Origin: Tubiluchus corallicola | Lineage: Eukaryota > Animalia > Priapulida | Assembly (NCBI GenBank): GCA_030141605.1 | Contig: JAQGDQ010000124.1 | Span: 310,001 to 374,000 of the forward strand | DNA length: 64,000 nucleotides | Direction of reading: 5' to 3' | In this document: positions 25,101-37,350 of the stretch, one piece after another | Numbering within the stretch: the first letter of the stretch is position 1 | Layout of the letters: every line of letters starts with the position of its first letter | Made by a program: the position numbers and the translations under genes | Notes under the pieces: generated by a model | Told to the model about the DNA's origin: nothing | Database searches by the model: none | What the model saw: only the letters and a program-made list of their open reading frames with translations

Positions 25101-28100
25101 ATGTTAGTGAAGGTTACGCCGGACATTTTTACATTCATAAATCCATCCACATTGACAATCAACCCTTTTGCAGAAGCTTCATTACGAAGTTCAATGGTAG
25201 TTATTTGACCCTGCAAAGCCTGGAGTAAGCACACTAGGGAATTGACTGATTTGGCTGTTTCACGCAAACTATGTAAACTGAAAGCCATATTTTCAAGCAA
25301 ATGCAGAAGATAGCAGAAGAGATCAAGGAAATGATACGTCTATCTTCACTTTTCACTTATTTTTCAAATAATGTTATTTATTTCTACAGCAGATGATACG
25401 TGTTCAATCTTCATTTATTTTTATAGGCACTGTATATTTTTATATCTGCAGTTTTATCATAATGGACCTCTGCAACATGGAAGTCGGTCTTGAGCATTTT
25501 TATAAATTTAACATCCCTATCATTGCGAATTTTGCAAGCCAGTAATACCAGAGTATTTCTGTGTGCCAAATAATCTATAGTCCGAAATAAGTCCGAAAAT
25601 GTGTCCTCTATATAGACGATGTCTGCACCAAGTACAATATCAAATTGAGAGAAATCCTGCAGGTTGACTCCCCAATTCAGTGCCTTCACGGATACATTTA
25701 CAACTTCATTTGGACCATGTAGATTCTTGTTTACGTTTCTCAATAACGAATCAGTTACACTTTCTCTGTCAGTTATCACAACGTGACCACCAATTAATGC
25801 AGCAACGATGCCTACTAGTCCCGTTCCTGCTCCAAGCTCTATAACGGTTTTGTTTCTGAAAAGGTCCCTGCGTTGCTCAATATATGCACTTAGGACAACA
25901 GCCGCGTCCCACACAACACCAGCAACACCTTGGTGATTCCAGTCTTGTGAAAGAGTGATGGGACGACCTACAAACACAAATTCTTTTGAGTTTTCACGGA
26001 ATGGAGCAAGGATATTGGACGTTTCATACAACACCAGAGCTTTGTTATCACACATAGATCTGTCTGTGTGGCAAGACAACCTTTCAGCAGCAATAATATT
26101 GCAAAAATGGAAGCATATGTGCAAGACTAGGCATTGGCAGCAGTTGAGATTACACTTATTCAGCTGCATTAATAACCATACTCAGTGTGAGGCTCTTCAA
26201 ATTTTTATAAGGAATCTTTTTTTCAGGCAATTCTTGATGCCAGGACTGATCGACAGCCACATACATGGATCACAGTACTCCAATGCTGGACTTTGTCAGG
26301 GCATTTCTCTCTTGCAGTGGCTCAACCAAGTCACGTTTCCTACAGAACAGAAATTTCATGACAGCAGATTTGCAGAAGAGGTTTACACGAAAGCAGTGGT
26401 AAAAAATTTAATATTCTAGTTATACTTACGAGAGGGTAGCTGAGTGGTGGTTATGGGCGTGTGCTAGACAGTGCTAAACGCAATGACTAACTGGATGAGA
26501 GACCATAGGCAAGCAGCTTCTGCCAAACTGCCTCTAGATACTTCTGTCAGTGAGTGAGAATCCTTATATGTACGCCAACAGGGCTAATGTACCTTTTCTG
26601 CTTCATCATCTTATCTTAAATGATCATCATCGAAAATAAACTAGGTTTTAGCCCCATTAGAACCGCTCAAGAATAGTTCTAGATCCTGCCATTGAATGCT
26701 AGAGCCCCCTAACTGACTTGCAGTATGCTGAACGATTTCATAAAATAAATACACTGTACAACTGTAACAACATCCATAATTTGCTAACACAAATAAACAA
26801 ATCTGTATTGAATAAATTTGATATTTATAGTAGAAATATTAGAAAAAAACAGCTCACAAGATCTGTTCAGAAGACATAAATAGGACACTTTCAAGGACAA
26901 AGTATTAACAGGCGTAATAACTGTACATTGAAAAGCAAGACTTATGCAGGTCTAAAAAAGATGATGATGACAAGTTGTGCTGCTTTTGCTATTTTCTCAA
27001 ACAGAAACTGTATATATCTACACAAACTATCACACCAAGATTTAACATAATATATGTTATACTTCGTATACAATTAAGCACACTGAGTGCTTTAAAAAAG
27101 TAAGATACAACACAGTAAATCAATGTGGCATATTAAAAGTTAAGGTACAGTACATAATATTAATCGGGTAGGAGATAGGGAGATATTATCAAGCTCTACT
27201 CAACCTTCTCCACACAGTCATCCATGCTAGGAAAGTGTAACTAGTTTGCGTTTATGGTTACCAGATATTAGGACATAAATCTGTACAGCTTATGATTTTT
27301 TTGTAAATGTCAGCTTTACAAACACAGGCTTGGCAGCTTTCAATGAATGTCCTCAGGCTTTGAATCGCACTATTTAATTACAGTATGAAGTGCATTTAAA
27401 GGTTATCGTTTAAGCGTAGAAATATTTTACATAAAAAAAGATGGTCTATTTTATATAGTATTACTAGACATTGCTTTTCTGGCTTAGTATAATTAATAAA
27501 ACACGTTTAGTAAAAAATGTAATTAATGCATTCTAAACACAAATTTTTAATTCTATGTAAAGCAAAAATACCAATAAAATATATGTCTTGATTTCAGCAT
27601 CGTACATTAAAAAATGGAACCACAACAGCCGCATATTTTGGAACCATTCATGTCAATGGTAGTTTGAAGTTAGCTGATGCAGCAGGTAAAATCCATTTGA
27701 AAGCAGTTATGAAATTAGTGTGCACTAATATAAAATTTTATCATTTTGCATGCGACTGCGAATAGTGCAATTACAAGTTTCATTGTTGGGCCTGATTAAC
27801 TTGCTGGAAACTGAGAAATTTTACACAACATTCATTAATTTTGTTACAATGAATACTTGCAGGTAAAAACAGCCAACAGATCTATTAAGAGGGCTTCTTA
27901 GGCTTTGTAATGATCACATTTTTGTGTCAAGATCATTTTTGTGTTTTGTGCGCTTTCGGTAAATTTATCAAGTGCTTTATGCTGTTTTTTCCAGTAGTTA
28001 AATTATTTGCCTACTTAAACAAAAACAGCCAACATCTTCAAATAACTAATGAAATATCCAACCGTAATATGTTATTTATGCAACTGCAGGTCATAAACTT

Positions 28101-31100
28101 TTTTGTGCGCTAATGATATTTGTAAAAAAAATTGTGTAAAACTTCACGCAGCTGCAACAATAGGTTGCCATGGTGTTTGTGACATGCAGCTGTTGTGTTC
28201 ATTGTCCTAGATCACTCATGCTGTCATTCATCAGATTGCTGGAATGGCCATTGCTAAAGCTGCTGCTGCTATGGTGTCTGCCATCTAGAGGCAAGTTAAA
28301 AAAACAATGCAAGTGTGTAATTGCACTACTTGCAGTTGTATGTGTATATGTTAAGATTGAAAAAGGATGCTAAAGACAACGAAACCCTCCATTTACATAA
28401 AGCTACAAAATGTATCTAGAAATTTAGTTATCATCTACATACTGTTTTAGTGCACACAGTATTTGTATTAGTGTCGCTGTATAAAACTTGAAAAATTAAA
28501 CTCCAGCAATGACTATGAGGTACAATCAGCTTGACTGTAAGTTATTTACAACAAGTTTGGATAACATTGCGTAAACTTAAAAAAGTAATCAGGATAATTG
28601 TAGCACACGCTTAATTAATTAAGCAGAGGTATAAATTATTTTATATTCTTAAAAAGATTAATAATATATTTTGGTGAGTCAGTGACATTTTAGTGCACAC
28701 AGGGATAGCGACACAATGATGTTCTGCCAGCTGGCACAGACTTTTAAATTATTAAAAATGTTCTTTTTCGCTTATATATTTTTTTCAAAGAAGTAAGCAT
28801 AATGCTAAGCAGTATAACTTTGTGTGGAAAGTTTTTTGAGACATACTTTAAAATTACCTTTTCTTCCACACTAAGGACAAGATATTACAAATTTTACAAT
28901 GCATTATGACAATATTCCCGCGTAGCCAAATGCATCGGGCCATTCTGCAGCTGTTTCTATGAACTTAAATGTTCTTTTTTCATTTTTTGGTCAAGCCGAT
29001 TGGAGAGATGTACTTAAAAAAATTATAAAGCTGACATAAAGAGTTTTGCCAACGATTCTTCATATTTAACACTGATTTCCATTACATATTTGAAAATGTT
29101 TTCCTTCCTGCATGTCTCCTACATAATCATCACATTCAATTATGCTGTAACTATTACATTAATTATAGAGAGACTGGGTCAGAGAGCATTTGTGGGCAAA
29201 GTGTCCATGGACATGAACAGTCCAGTGTACTATGTAGAAAAGAATTTGAATGAAGCTGTACTTAGTGCAGAAAGGTATGATTATAATTATTAACAAGAAA
29301 AATTAATGGAAAAGATGTACTATAACATATAACAATAAGAAACATTTTATTCACATATACATGTAAAAAAATTAACATTTTAATTAACACTAAATAGATT
29401 TTAACCTTCAATCTTTTAACTTCAAAATTTGTTAAAACCATATTTTTAAAATAACAAAATAGTGAAGTTACCAGTGTTAGTAGTTCAAATTCAAGTACCG
29501 ATTGCCAATAAACATTGCTTTATGTTTTAGATTTGTCACAGAATTACTACAGAAGAGCAAGGTAATAAATTTTACACATTTTGTTTCGAGGTTCTGGGTG
29601 AATAAGTGTACTTTCAGTTATCTAAACAACTTTGGTAAATAAATGGAAAGTCAGATGCTTCTCACTTGCAGTGTGAAGCAACAAATTGTGCGTAATTATA
29701 TTATGTTACAGAATTCTCTGGTACAACCGATCATCACTCCCAGGTTTGCTATTACCTGCAGCGGGGAATTGATGAAGGAATTAGCACATTTAGCAAACAG
29801 GTACCAGCTTAACATACAGGTAAATATACAGCATGTTAGCAGAGCTTTCAAATTTTTAATAGTGAGAATGACATCAGTTTGTTAAATATCCCACAACAGA
29901 GATGACTGCTAGCATGCAGTGGAAACAATATGTCATTTTTATAATAAAAAAGTGAGGAAAAGCTTGTTGACGTTGTGGAATATTTAACAAGATAAAGCAT
30001 GTTCCAAGTACTCCATTGATTTTAAACTTAAGAAATACAAATAATGATATAATATTTGTTTGCTTGCATAGCAGAATCGTCCATAAGTCGGCAGTTAAGC
30101 TTTTCTAGTTATTCACATAAATTATGCTGAATCTCCATTTCATAAGGACCATTTTGATACCACGCTCATCACTCTATGTTATTTATAAGCTAAGATAATC
30201 TATATTGAAGTTAAGATACAGGCTGCACACTGAAAATCATAACCTTGAGAAAATCACTGTTGAAGTTAGCCATTGTTTTTTGACACGTTTTTGCAAAGCA
30301 CTTAGCAACAGTGCGAAAGTGTTGTTACTATGGATCATGGATACTATGGATCAAGAACACATTGACATTACGTTTAAATCCAGTGATGGCCGTTCCTGAT
30401 GAAGATCTGGGCTTGGCAACAAAAAAAACCGAAGCAAAATGACAGCTTCCACAAGCTACTATCTGAGTTTGAAAATACAAGTTTTTTTACAATTGCATTA
30501 CAATTGCATCTAGCCAGAAAAATGGGTAACGGGCTATAAAATTAGATTTTTAGTATTTTTTGAACATTTTCTTGATAATTTGATTCTAGAATATAAGTCC
30601 AATATGTTTAGCATTTGTTTTCATAAAAAACAAAAAATTGACATTTGACCAAATTTTTGGTGCATTCTACTTAGAAGCATCATAACGCAGTTTTAAGTAT
30701 GCCGACTTACGTGTGATTTTCGTTTGCAAGCAAATATATTCCAATTGGAATTAAACTGAACATAGCCTTTGAATACAGTAAGAGACTGTTACAACAATTA
30801 CACAGCATCAACAAATAACTGAAAGTCTAAAATATGCCAAAATGAACCACTAGAGAAACTCTGAATTAGCACTGTCAAGCAACATACCCAGCAAAGCTGC
30901 TGCATGTGATCATACAACAGGCAGCGTAACTGTAAATTAATTGCACTCTAGTTTAATTACTTGTAATATAAAACAAATTATAAATTAATTAAATAAAGCT
31001 GTATTAGAGGGACTAGATCAGCATGAGCTCATTGTTAATTACTTAATTTGCTTGGAAATTTTGAAATGACGCTATTTAGTACATCAAGTATTTGCCTTCC

Positions 31101-32367
31101 GTCGTCCCACGGCACAATTGTTGCTTTAATGTTCTCCTTATACTCATCCACTTCATTCAAATATTTCTCCATAGTGTAACCTCTTCTTGGAAATGCAAAG
31201 TCATTAATATCAAGTCGCAGGGCTGGGCAGATGTCATTGGCTCCATCCCCAACATAAGCTTTACATGTAAATGCCACGCCTTCTCGTTTTCTCTTTGCTA
31301 CGTATTCATCTAGTATGTGACCCTTACAGAGGTTAACGGTACTTTTGTCACACCAGTCTTGATGGTGGTACGGTTTGACAGTTAGCAACCCATCTTTGCG
31401 GTACTCAGCAGGATTTGTGAATACAGCATTTATTCGATGCTTCACTTCTTTGGCATCCAGAATGTAGTCAATGAAAATGGAATTGGAATCAGAGATTATG
31501 ATCACTTCACAATCATTTGTAAGACTAGTGAGGAGAGCATGCATCCCTTGTGTTAATGTCAGTTCTTCCATAGACTTTTTCATATCATCTGCTCTGATGC
31601 CATTTTTGAACAGGTACTCGAACACAAGACCCATAAATTTAGTCCAGCCTGTCTGCACATACGTTTTGCGAATGTGTTCAGGAATAATTCCATTTGGGGC
31701 TAGTTTTTGAATGTATATGTCACTGTTTTCATTTATTACTGTATGATCGAAATCTAGTGCTAGCAGCAGTTTCTCTTGCATGATGCGGATGTGTTGCAGC
31801 GATGGTTTGTTGATTAGAGAACGAAACATGAATTTACCTGGCCATCAGATAGTCTGAAATGTGATGAAATACTGAATCAGGAATTCAGAATCTGAGATAC
31901 AGTTTAGAGAAATATATAAAAATGCTCGTTTCGTTAACAAACAGAGCTCATTATTGAATTTATAACTCGTCCAAGTAAGTGCTAGGTGGGCAGTACTGCT
32001 AAAAAGTATGGGTGTTGGTATTATAAATTTAAATGCACAATAGCTTTAAAGCATTTAAAAATGCTTTTATTTTGTAGACACACATTAGTGAGAATAGAAG
32101 CGAATGCGATATTCTAAAATCAGTGTTTCCCGATGCACAAAATTATGCCGATATTTACGACAAAGCAGGTCTACTCACAGGAAAGGTAAGATAGTAACAA
32201 ATACTCACAGTGAGAAAAATTTTGTGCATTTGTGGAAATCTCTAATCCAGATTAGATTAAGATTTTTTACATTAAGATTTGCTCATGTTTAAAACTCTAT
32301 CTTTTATTACGTTTTCTCACTGCTATTCAGAGAAAGATGAGAGACGAGAGAGAGGGAGAGGGAGAGG

Positions 32368-32398
<31 letters not shown>

Positions 32399-32405
32399 AG
32401 GGAGG

Positions 32406-32466
<61 letters not shown>

Positions 32467-35152
32467 AGAGTCAGAGAGAAAGAGAGAGAGAGAGAGAGAG
32501 TCAGAGGGCAGAGAGGGATGGCAGGGCTATAATAACAGTGTTTTGTTCTTTCAGACAGTTTTAGCACATGCAGTCCACCTAAATGAAACAGAAAGAAGGA
32601 TAATTTACAGTCGTGGATCAGGGGTTTCGCACTGCCCAAACTCAAACATAAGCTTACACAGTGGATTATGCAACACTCGTCAATTGCTATCTGATGACAT
32701 TAATGTTGGGCTAGGTACAGGTAAGTAGAGCTAAATTTTTCATGAATAGTTTAAACTTTTTTCTTTTTAAGTACGGTGCAAATGGGCCATAAGCAAATGA
32801 AGTACTATTCGTTTGTCTTAAAACAAAGCAATATCGTTTAAATGAACAAATCTTAATAACAATAAAAGACAACTCAAATGTCCCCAAAACAAACTATCTT
32901 GCTAGTGCAAACGTAAGTTGCATCCATATGGGAATTTTCCTTAAGCAAAGGAGCATACTAGAATTTCTACAATATATAAAGAGTTTCTACAACCCAGAAT
33001 ATCTACACCATTTTTTACGACTAACATCAGTTGATAATCAGTTGGTAAAAAATTGTATAATTACTACAGATGTCAGTGGAGGATATCACCCCTCTGTCCT
33101 GGATGCTATACGTCATGCTGTACAAACATCAAACTTACTGAAGATGAACCCAGATGACAATTATAAGCCAATACACTACCCTGAAGCATTTCGGATGGCA
33201 ACACTAGGAGGTGCAGAAGGTACATTTTCATGAGTTTACTTTCAGCATGTAACATACTGCTGCTTCGCACACCTACGGTGTACGGGGCTAAAAGAAACGA
33301 AAACAGAAATGGATTTCTATCTGTTTTCGAATGAATATTATTTTGAGAGAAGTATTTTTTGAAGGTGACATTTTTGACGAATGAGGAATGCCAAATTAGG
33401 ACTTTGCTTAACTGATGAAATATGCTTAGAATGTCAAGCAAGGCTAAGGTCTCACTCACCCTGGTAGGCCAATAAGACAGAAAGATTTTGGTAAATCACA
33501 TAATAACGGACTAATAATGGACATAATAACGGACTTCTGTACTTTTTAAGACAACTTAAATCATTTAAAACTGTCCCTGCTTTGATGGAAAGTTTTTATC
33601 GTGCAGTAAATGAAAGCACCTTAACAACATCCCTCACTGTTTGATATGGTGCCACCAAGCAGGGAGATCGCAATGCTCTTGATCAAGTTGTTGAATCCGC
33701 CTCAAAAATTATAGGAGTTGAACAGCAATTTATGGAACATTTGTATGAAACTAGGGTCGCAAAGAGAGCACAAGTCATCATGAAAGATGAATTTCAGCTA
33801 GGTGATAAATAAATGCTCCCCTCTGGTCGTAGATGCCACTCGATTAACGCTAAACCACAAGAAGTTAAATTCTTTCTATCCCGTTGCAATTTGTAATATT
33901 AATAGTAAATTTCATTAATTCTCCAATATTAATTCTCTATGTCACTTGTACAACTGATTGAATTATTTGTGTTAATCTCCTTGTTGTTTGCATAAGTTAT
34001 TGTAGTACGTAAAACCACATAAATTTCATTTACAACTTACTACAGAAATCTTTCATGATTCTTTCATCTTTCTCCACATGGTGTTGTAATAAGAACAGAT
34101 CACGTTGTACTAACACAATTATGAATTCTACATGTTTCAGTACTTGCGATAGACGATAAAGTTGGGAATTTTGAAGTTGGTAAAGAATTTGATGCTTTAC
34201 TGGTTGACACTGCTGCACCTAACTCTCCTTTTGACATGTTTGAAAATGATGGACCGGAACAACTGCTTACAAAGTTTCTTTTCGTAGGTAAGAAAACATT
34301 TTTTAGGTATATTGCTGCAGATACTTGAGTGAGAAAATCAGTTTACTGGAGGACGTGTGTTCTTATATAGTAAATGACGAAATGAGATACAGTGCTAATA
34401 TGGTTAAAACATTTTCCAAAAAATTGAACAGAAAACGGAGAGAAAAATTTATTTATTAAATTAATTTAATAAAATGTCGATACGATCGGTATAGAAGTGT
34501 AGCCGTTTCAAGCTTGCCATGTTATGGGATATGCAGTACTGGTGTACCGAGCCTTGAATTTATCAAACCGAACCAAGTCAAGCCCGAACCTTTCAACTTT
34601 TTACTAACTGAACCAGAATTGAACCCAAGCTTTTAGAAACAAACACCAGGCTGAGCCCTAACATGAGTACTGATCAGAGTAGGTATGAACTAAGCACGAG
34701 CTGTTGTACCTGCCAAATCAAAACAAGCTTGAAAATCTCATAAATTTGATTATAGTTTGTTTGTTTATTTGTTTATCCACAAGAGCTTTAATTATATGAG
34801 CAATGAGTGTTGAGTAAAATTGGTGAATAAACATTTTTTAATTGCTCATAGTACTTGCAAAAAAACTAGCATGCATTGGAAATAGTGAAAATTTCTAGGT
34901 GTAAATAATTTAGCATACGATTTAAACAGTGGCACAGCCTCTGTTTAGGCTACCGAAGGTGCTGAACTGAATCGAGTGACACGGCTCCTTTTGGTCACCA
35001 AGCAGTTCTGCAAAATCCGCGCAGAATACACGGCTTGTGTGTATTCAACGCAACTATAAGTGTTTTACACAAATCTTTGCATTTTTTCAGGTGATGACAG
35101 AAACATCAAAGAAGTTTACGTTGCTGGTGATAAAGTCATGTCAAATGCCTAA
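19101..35152 (+). CDS. GDA: Guanine deaminase, 12 coding exons: 19101-19214, 20007-20095, 26227-26398, 27598-27685, 29169-29274, 29531-29561, 29712-29819, 32078-32185, 32555-32720, 33070-33219, 34141-34287, 35091-35152
   Basis: Phase-consistent GT-AG exons give VFHGTAVHS, FLMPGLIDSHIHGSQY, NGTTTAAYFGTIH, GQRAFVGKVSMD, PIITPRFAITCS, IQTHISEN, LAHAVHL, HCPNSN, GLGTDVSGG, ATLGGA, GNFEVGKEFDALLVD and GDDRNIKEVYVAG. AATAAA near 35207. Confidence 0.96.
20181..20363. repeat. Direct tandem duplication (two ~88-bp copies, period 95 bp)
   Basis: acctaacaagtgacatatcatctaatctt...atagagatgctg starts at both 20181 and 20276 with few mismatches. Confidence 0.9.
20590..23445. mobile_element. Two diverged tandem copies (~20590-21710 and ~22085-23445) of a foldback/TIR-type non-autonomous element
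   Basis: Each copy has a left arm with repeated TTCCCAGAA, a CT-rich tract, a shared core (ttatggcag..ctagtt.attatcaaga.aatcct..cacagt.acattc.gatgc) and a right arm with repeated TTCTGGGAA. Confidence 0.7.
23781..23898. repeat. Near-perfect ~118-bp palindrome (MITE-like hairpin)
   Basis: atgttatttgtatcaaaaaagcaaaatacagcacgaaattcatacatatgtatata and its reverse complement flank a short spacer. Confidence 0.9.
24893..25288 (-). CDS. LSM10: U7 snRNA-associated Sm-like protein LSm10, nested antisense in GDA coding intron 2
   Basis: NSLVCLLQALQGQITTIELRNE, G.IVNVDGFMNVKM and FFIQGKQIRFVHIPD match LSm10; first ATG at 25288. Confidence 0.93.
   Translation of the reverse strand: MAFSLHSLRETAKSVNSLVCLLQALQGQITTIELRNEASAKGLIVNVDGFMNVKMSGVTFTNMYGEAQEFQEFFIQGKQIRFVHIPDSINIGDTIEKQLELMNKKQQPPSAQGTAKRAKKNQKTRNQNAHK
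25411..26055 (-). CDS. METTL21A: Protein-lysine methyltransferase, METTL21A-like (Methyltransf_16), single coding exon
   Basis: ALVLYE, QDWNHQGVAGVVWDAAVVLS, SAM motif VIELGAGTGLVGI, ITDR, LNWG, DIVLGADIVY and LLACKIR; first ATG at 26055. Confidence 0.88.
   Translation of the reverse strand: MCDNKALVLYETSNILAPFRENSKEFVFVGRPITLSQDWNHQGVAGVVWDAAVVLSAYIEQRRDLFRNKTVIELGAGTGLVGIVAALIGGHVVITDRESVTDSLLRNVNKNLHGPNEVVNVSVKALNWGVNLQDFSQFDIVLGADIVYIEDTFSDLFRTIDYLAHRNTLVLLACKIRNDRDVKFIKMLKTDFHVAEVHYDKTADIKIYSAYKNK
27748..28343. mobile_element. MITE, copy 1 of a family also present at 47399-48028
   Basis: Imperfect TIRs (gcgactgcgaatagtgcaattaca / tgtaattgcactacttgcagttgt) and colinear similarity to 47399-48028 (agccaacagatcta, tttatcaagtg.tttatgctgttt, catctag.ggcaagttaaaaaa). 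Confidence 0.8.
31035..31829 (-). CDS. PHOSPHO2: HAD-family PHOSPHO1/PHOSPHO2-like phosphatase, nested antisense in GDA coding intron 7
   Basis: LDFDHTVINENSD (motif I), IIISDSNSIFI, VFTNPA, NLCKG, YVGDGANDICP, PRRGY and PWDDG. An alternative start is M17. Confidence 0.92.
   Translation of the reverse strand: MFRSLINKPSLQHIRIMQEKLLLALDFDHTVINENSDIYIQKLAPNGIIPEHIRKTYVQTGWTKFMGLVFEYLFKNGIRADDMKKSMEELTLTQGMHALLTSLTNDCEVIIISDSNSIFIDYILDAKEVKHRINAVFTNPAEYRKDGLLTVKPYHHQDWCDKSTVNLCKGHILDEYVAKRKREGVAFTCKAYVGDGANDICPALRLDINDFAFPRRGYTMEKYLNEVDEYKENIKATIVPWDDGRQILDVLNSVISKFPSKLSN
32338..32520. repeat. (GA)n/(GGGA)n microsatellite
   Basis: Visible directly in the sequence. Confidence 0.97.
33545..33900 (+). 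mobile_element. Degenerate 3' fragment of a Rex1/Babar-like LINE ORF2
   Basis: Translates to FYRAVNESTLTTSLTV*YG..VVESASKIIG..LY..R..RA..I..D..LPSGRR, which resembles the C-terminus of Rex1-type RT proteins, with stops. Confidence 0.75.
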
Positions 35153-37122
35153 GCAGATTTGCTGACACTTCACCAAATGCAAAATATAAAGAATGTCACC
35201 CCCGAGAAATAAAATGCATCTACTCAGAACTGTTGTTATAGAATGCAGTGGACTTTTTCGAATAATTACCTTTAAGAACTGTCAACATTTGTATTCTTTA
35301 CTAAATTTCTTAGAAACTTTTCGGATTTTACCATAAATATCAGTCAAAATTGCTGGATTTATCTGAGCTATTACTTTTTCTAAAACATGTTACAAGATTT
35401 TAATTAGCTTATTATGTAACAAACCTATTAGCCCAAATAATTAACGAAGTTATTTTGCTTGCCTCTTCACAGCTTGCACATAATAAAGTTCTTCCAGAGG
35501 GCTCCTCTGAACATTAAGCATTTTCAGTTTTTAATTTTTTACAACTTTTACACCACCCCGCAAAACGGATAAATGGCGATTTTAAGATTAAATAAAGAAA
35601 AATTTGTTTGTTCTCTGGCAAAAATGCCAGCAAAAATCATCAAATAAATGAATGCATTCAGAAATCAGCAAACTGGTTATTTATCAACAAAAATTGAAGA
35701 AAATCGATGGTCCTGTTTACACTTAACAAAATGTGCTGAACAGCTTGACTGACATTCTAAAGACAGTGTGATATATTAGAATACGTTTTCACAGCTGCTT
35801 AGTTTCAAGGCAACCGTGAACAATACAATCTCAAAAGATAAACGAAAAAATACTTGAAAATACCTAGATTTCATTTTATAAACTTCCATGCTTTTGAATC
35901 AGTTTCTATATTTTTAAAATAAGCCTTCGTACAAACCGGAGTGTGTCTTCCAAGAATTGACAAATTTAAGATAGCACAGCTTGTTATCTCACAATGTCAT
36001 AGTTAAAAAGTAATATTTTGATACTCTGACATGTAATTTCAATTGTTAAACAATTTTTCCAAGCAATTTTTTTCAAACAATACAGTAAACAGTCTGCAAA
36101 TTGCACATAAAGGTGCAGCTACCATGTGAATACCACAGTGGTATATTTGCAGCTTCTATATGATACCAAATATCCTACTTTGCAAGAGAGTCGGAGAACA
36201 GAAAAAGCTGCAGTGCTGATACAAAATCAAACATGAAAACTAGGTATTTTTGGTATTCGTCAAGAACGGAGAACACTTTACTGAAAGTCTTGGACTTCAC
36301 TACATATGTAAACCGTAAAATTAGAGCGCAATGGAAAGGTTCGCAAATTTTGCAAGGAGAGAGAAGAGCAAAATCTTCAGACATAAATTACACTATTATT
36401 TAAGTCGCTCTTCTGCACGTTGCACCAACATGTCAGCTTTAGTTGATGACAGGCAGTCAGTTTATAAAGCATAAAGTACTGGATAATGTTATTATATGTT
36501 AGCTATGCCAGTGCAAGTGTTAGCGATTAGCTAATGAAAGGCACATGATTAGCTGATGACAACTGTACAATTGTACTTATTTTGAGATGTAAATTCATTT
36601 CAAAACTGCATAATTTGAAACGGCAATTTTCACTATGCACATTTATATAGAACTTCACTTTACTAGCTCTACGTCTAAAATATGTAGAACACTTACTTTA
36701 CAACATGTATTTGAATGATTCTTCGTTAAAGGATTTTTCTTGAAACTGTAAATAAAAAATGAAATCATCTATCAAATAAAAATATTTTTTATTTAACTCC
36801 TCAATTTCAATTTAATTCAATTCAATTCATTTGCACACGTAACATTTTAGTACATTGACAATACACACAGAAAATGCAATGTGTAATTATTCAGAAGGAT
36901 AAACTTGACAAAACATATTCTAGTAAATGATGACACAATATCTACATAGGACTAAGTCTAACACTACAGTATTATGATGCAAAAACTGGTATCAACATAT
37001 ATATATAATAACAATGCCACTAACTGCTACCTGAAAAGGTAACAGGTTGACAGACAACTTACATAACTACAATAAACGCTCATTTCACTGACATGTAGGT
37101 AGCAGCCAGTACTTTTGACGTT

Positions 37123-37350
37123 TCAATGAGAATGTTTTCTTAATTCAGAATTTCTAAAAATCAAGTCATCAAAGAGGCAGAAATCAGTTTTATAATTGCA
37201 ATTGAACAACCATGAAAGTGAAGTAGTGTTATTACTGTAGAACGACAGGTTGTATAATTTACTTTCATAAATTCTGCTATTTTCAGTATATAGAGGGCAA
37301 TTAAAAATAAAACATAATTCGTCTTCTATTTTAGTACCATTATCAGGCAT
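37123..37350 (-). mobile_element. Possible LINE ORF2 C-terminal remnant
   Basis: IEDELCFIFNCPLY resembles the EDExHFxxxCPxY motif of non-LTR retrotransposon C-termini. Confidence 0.5.
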
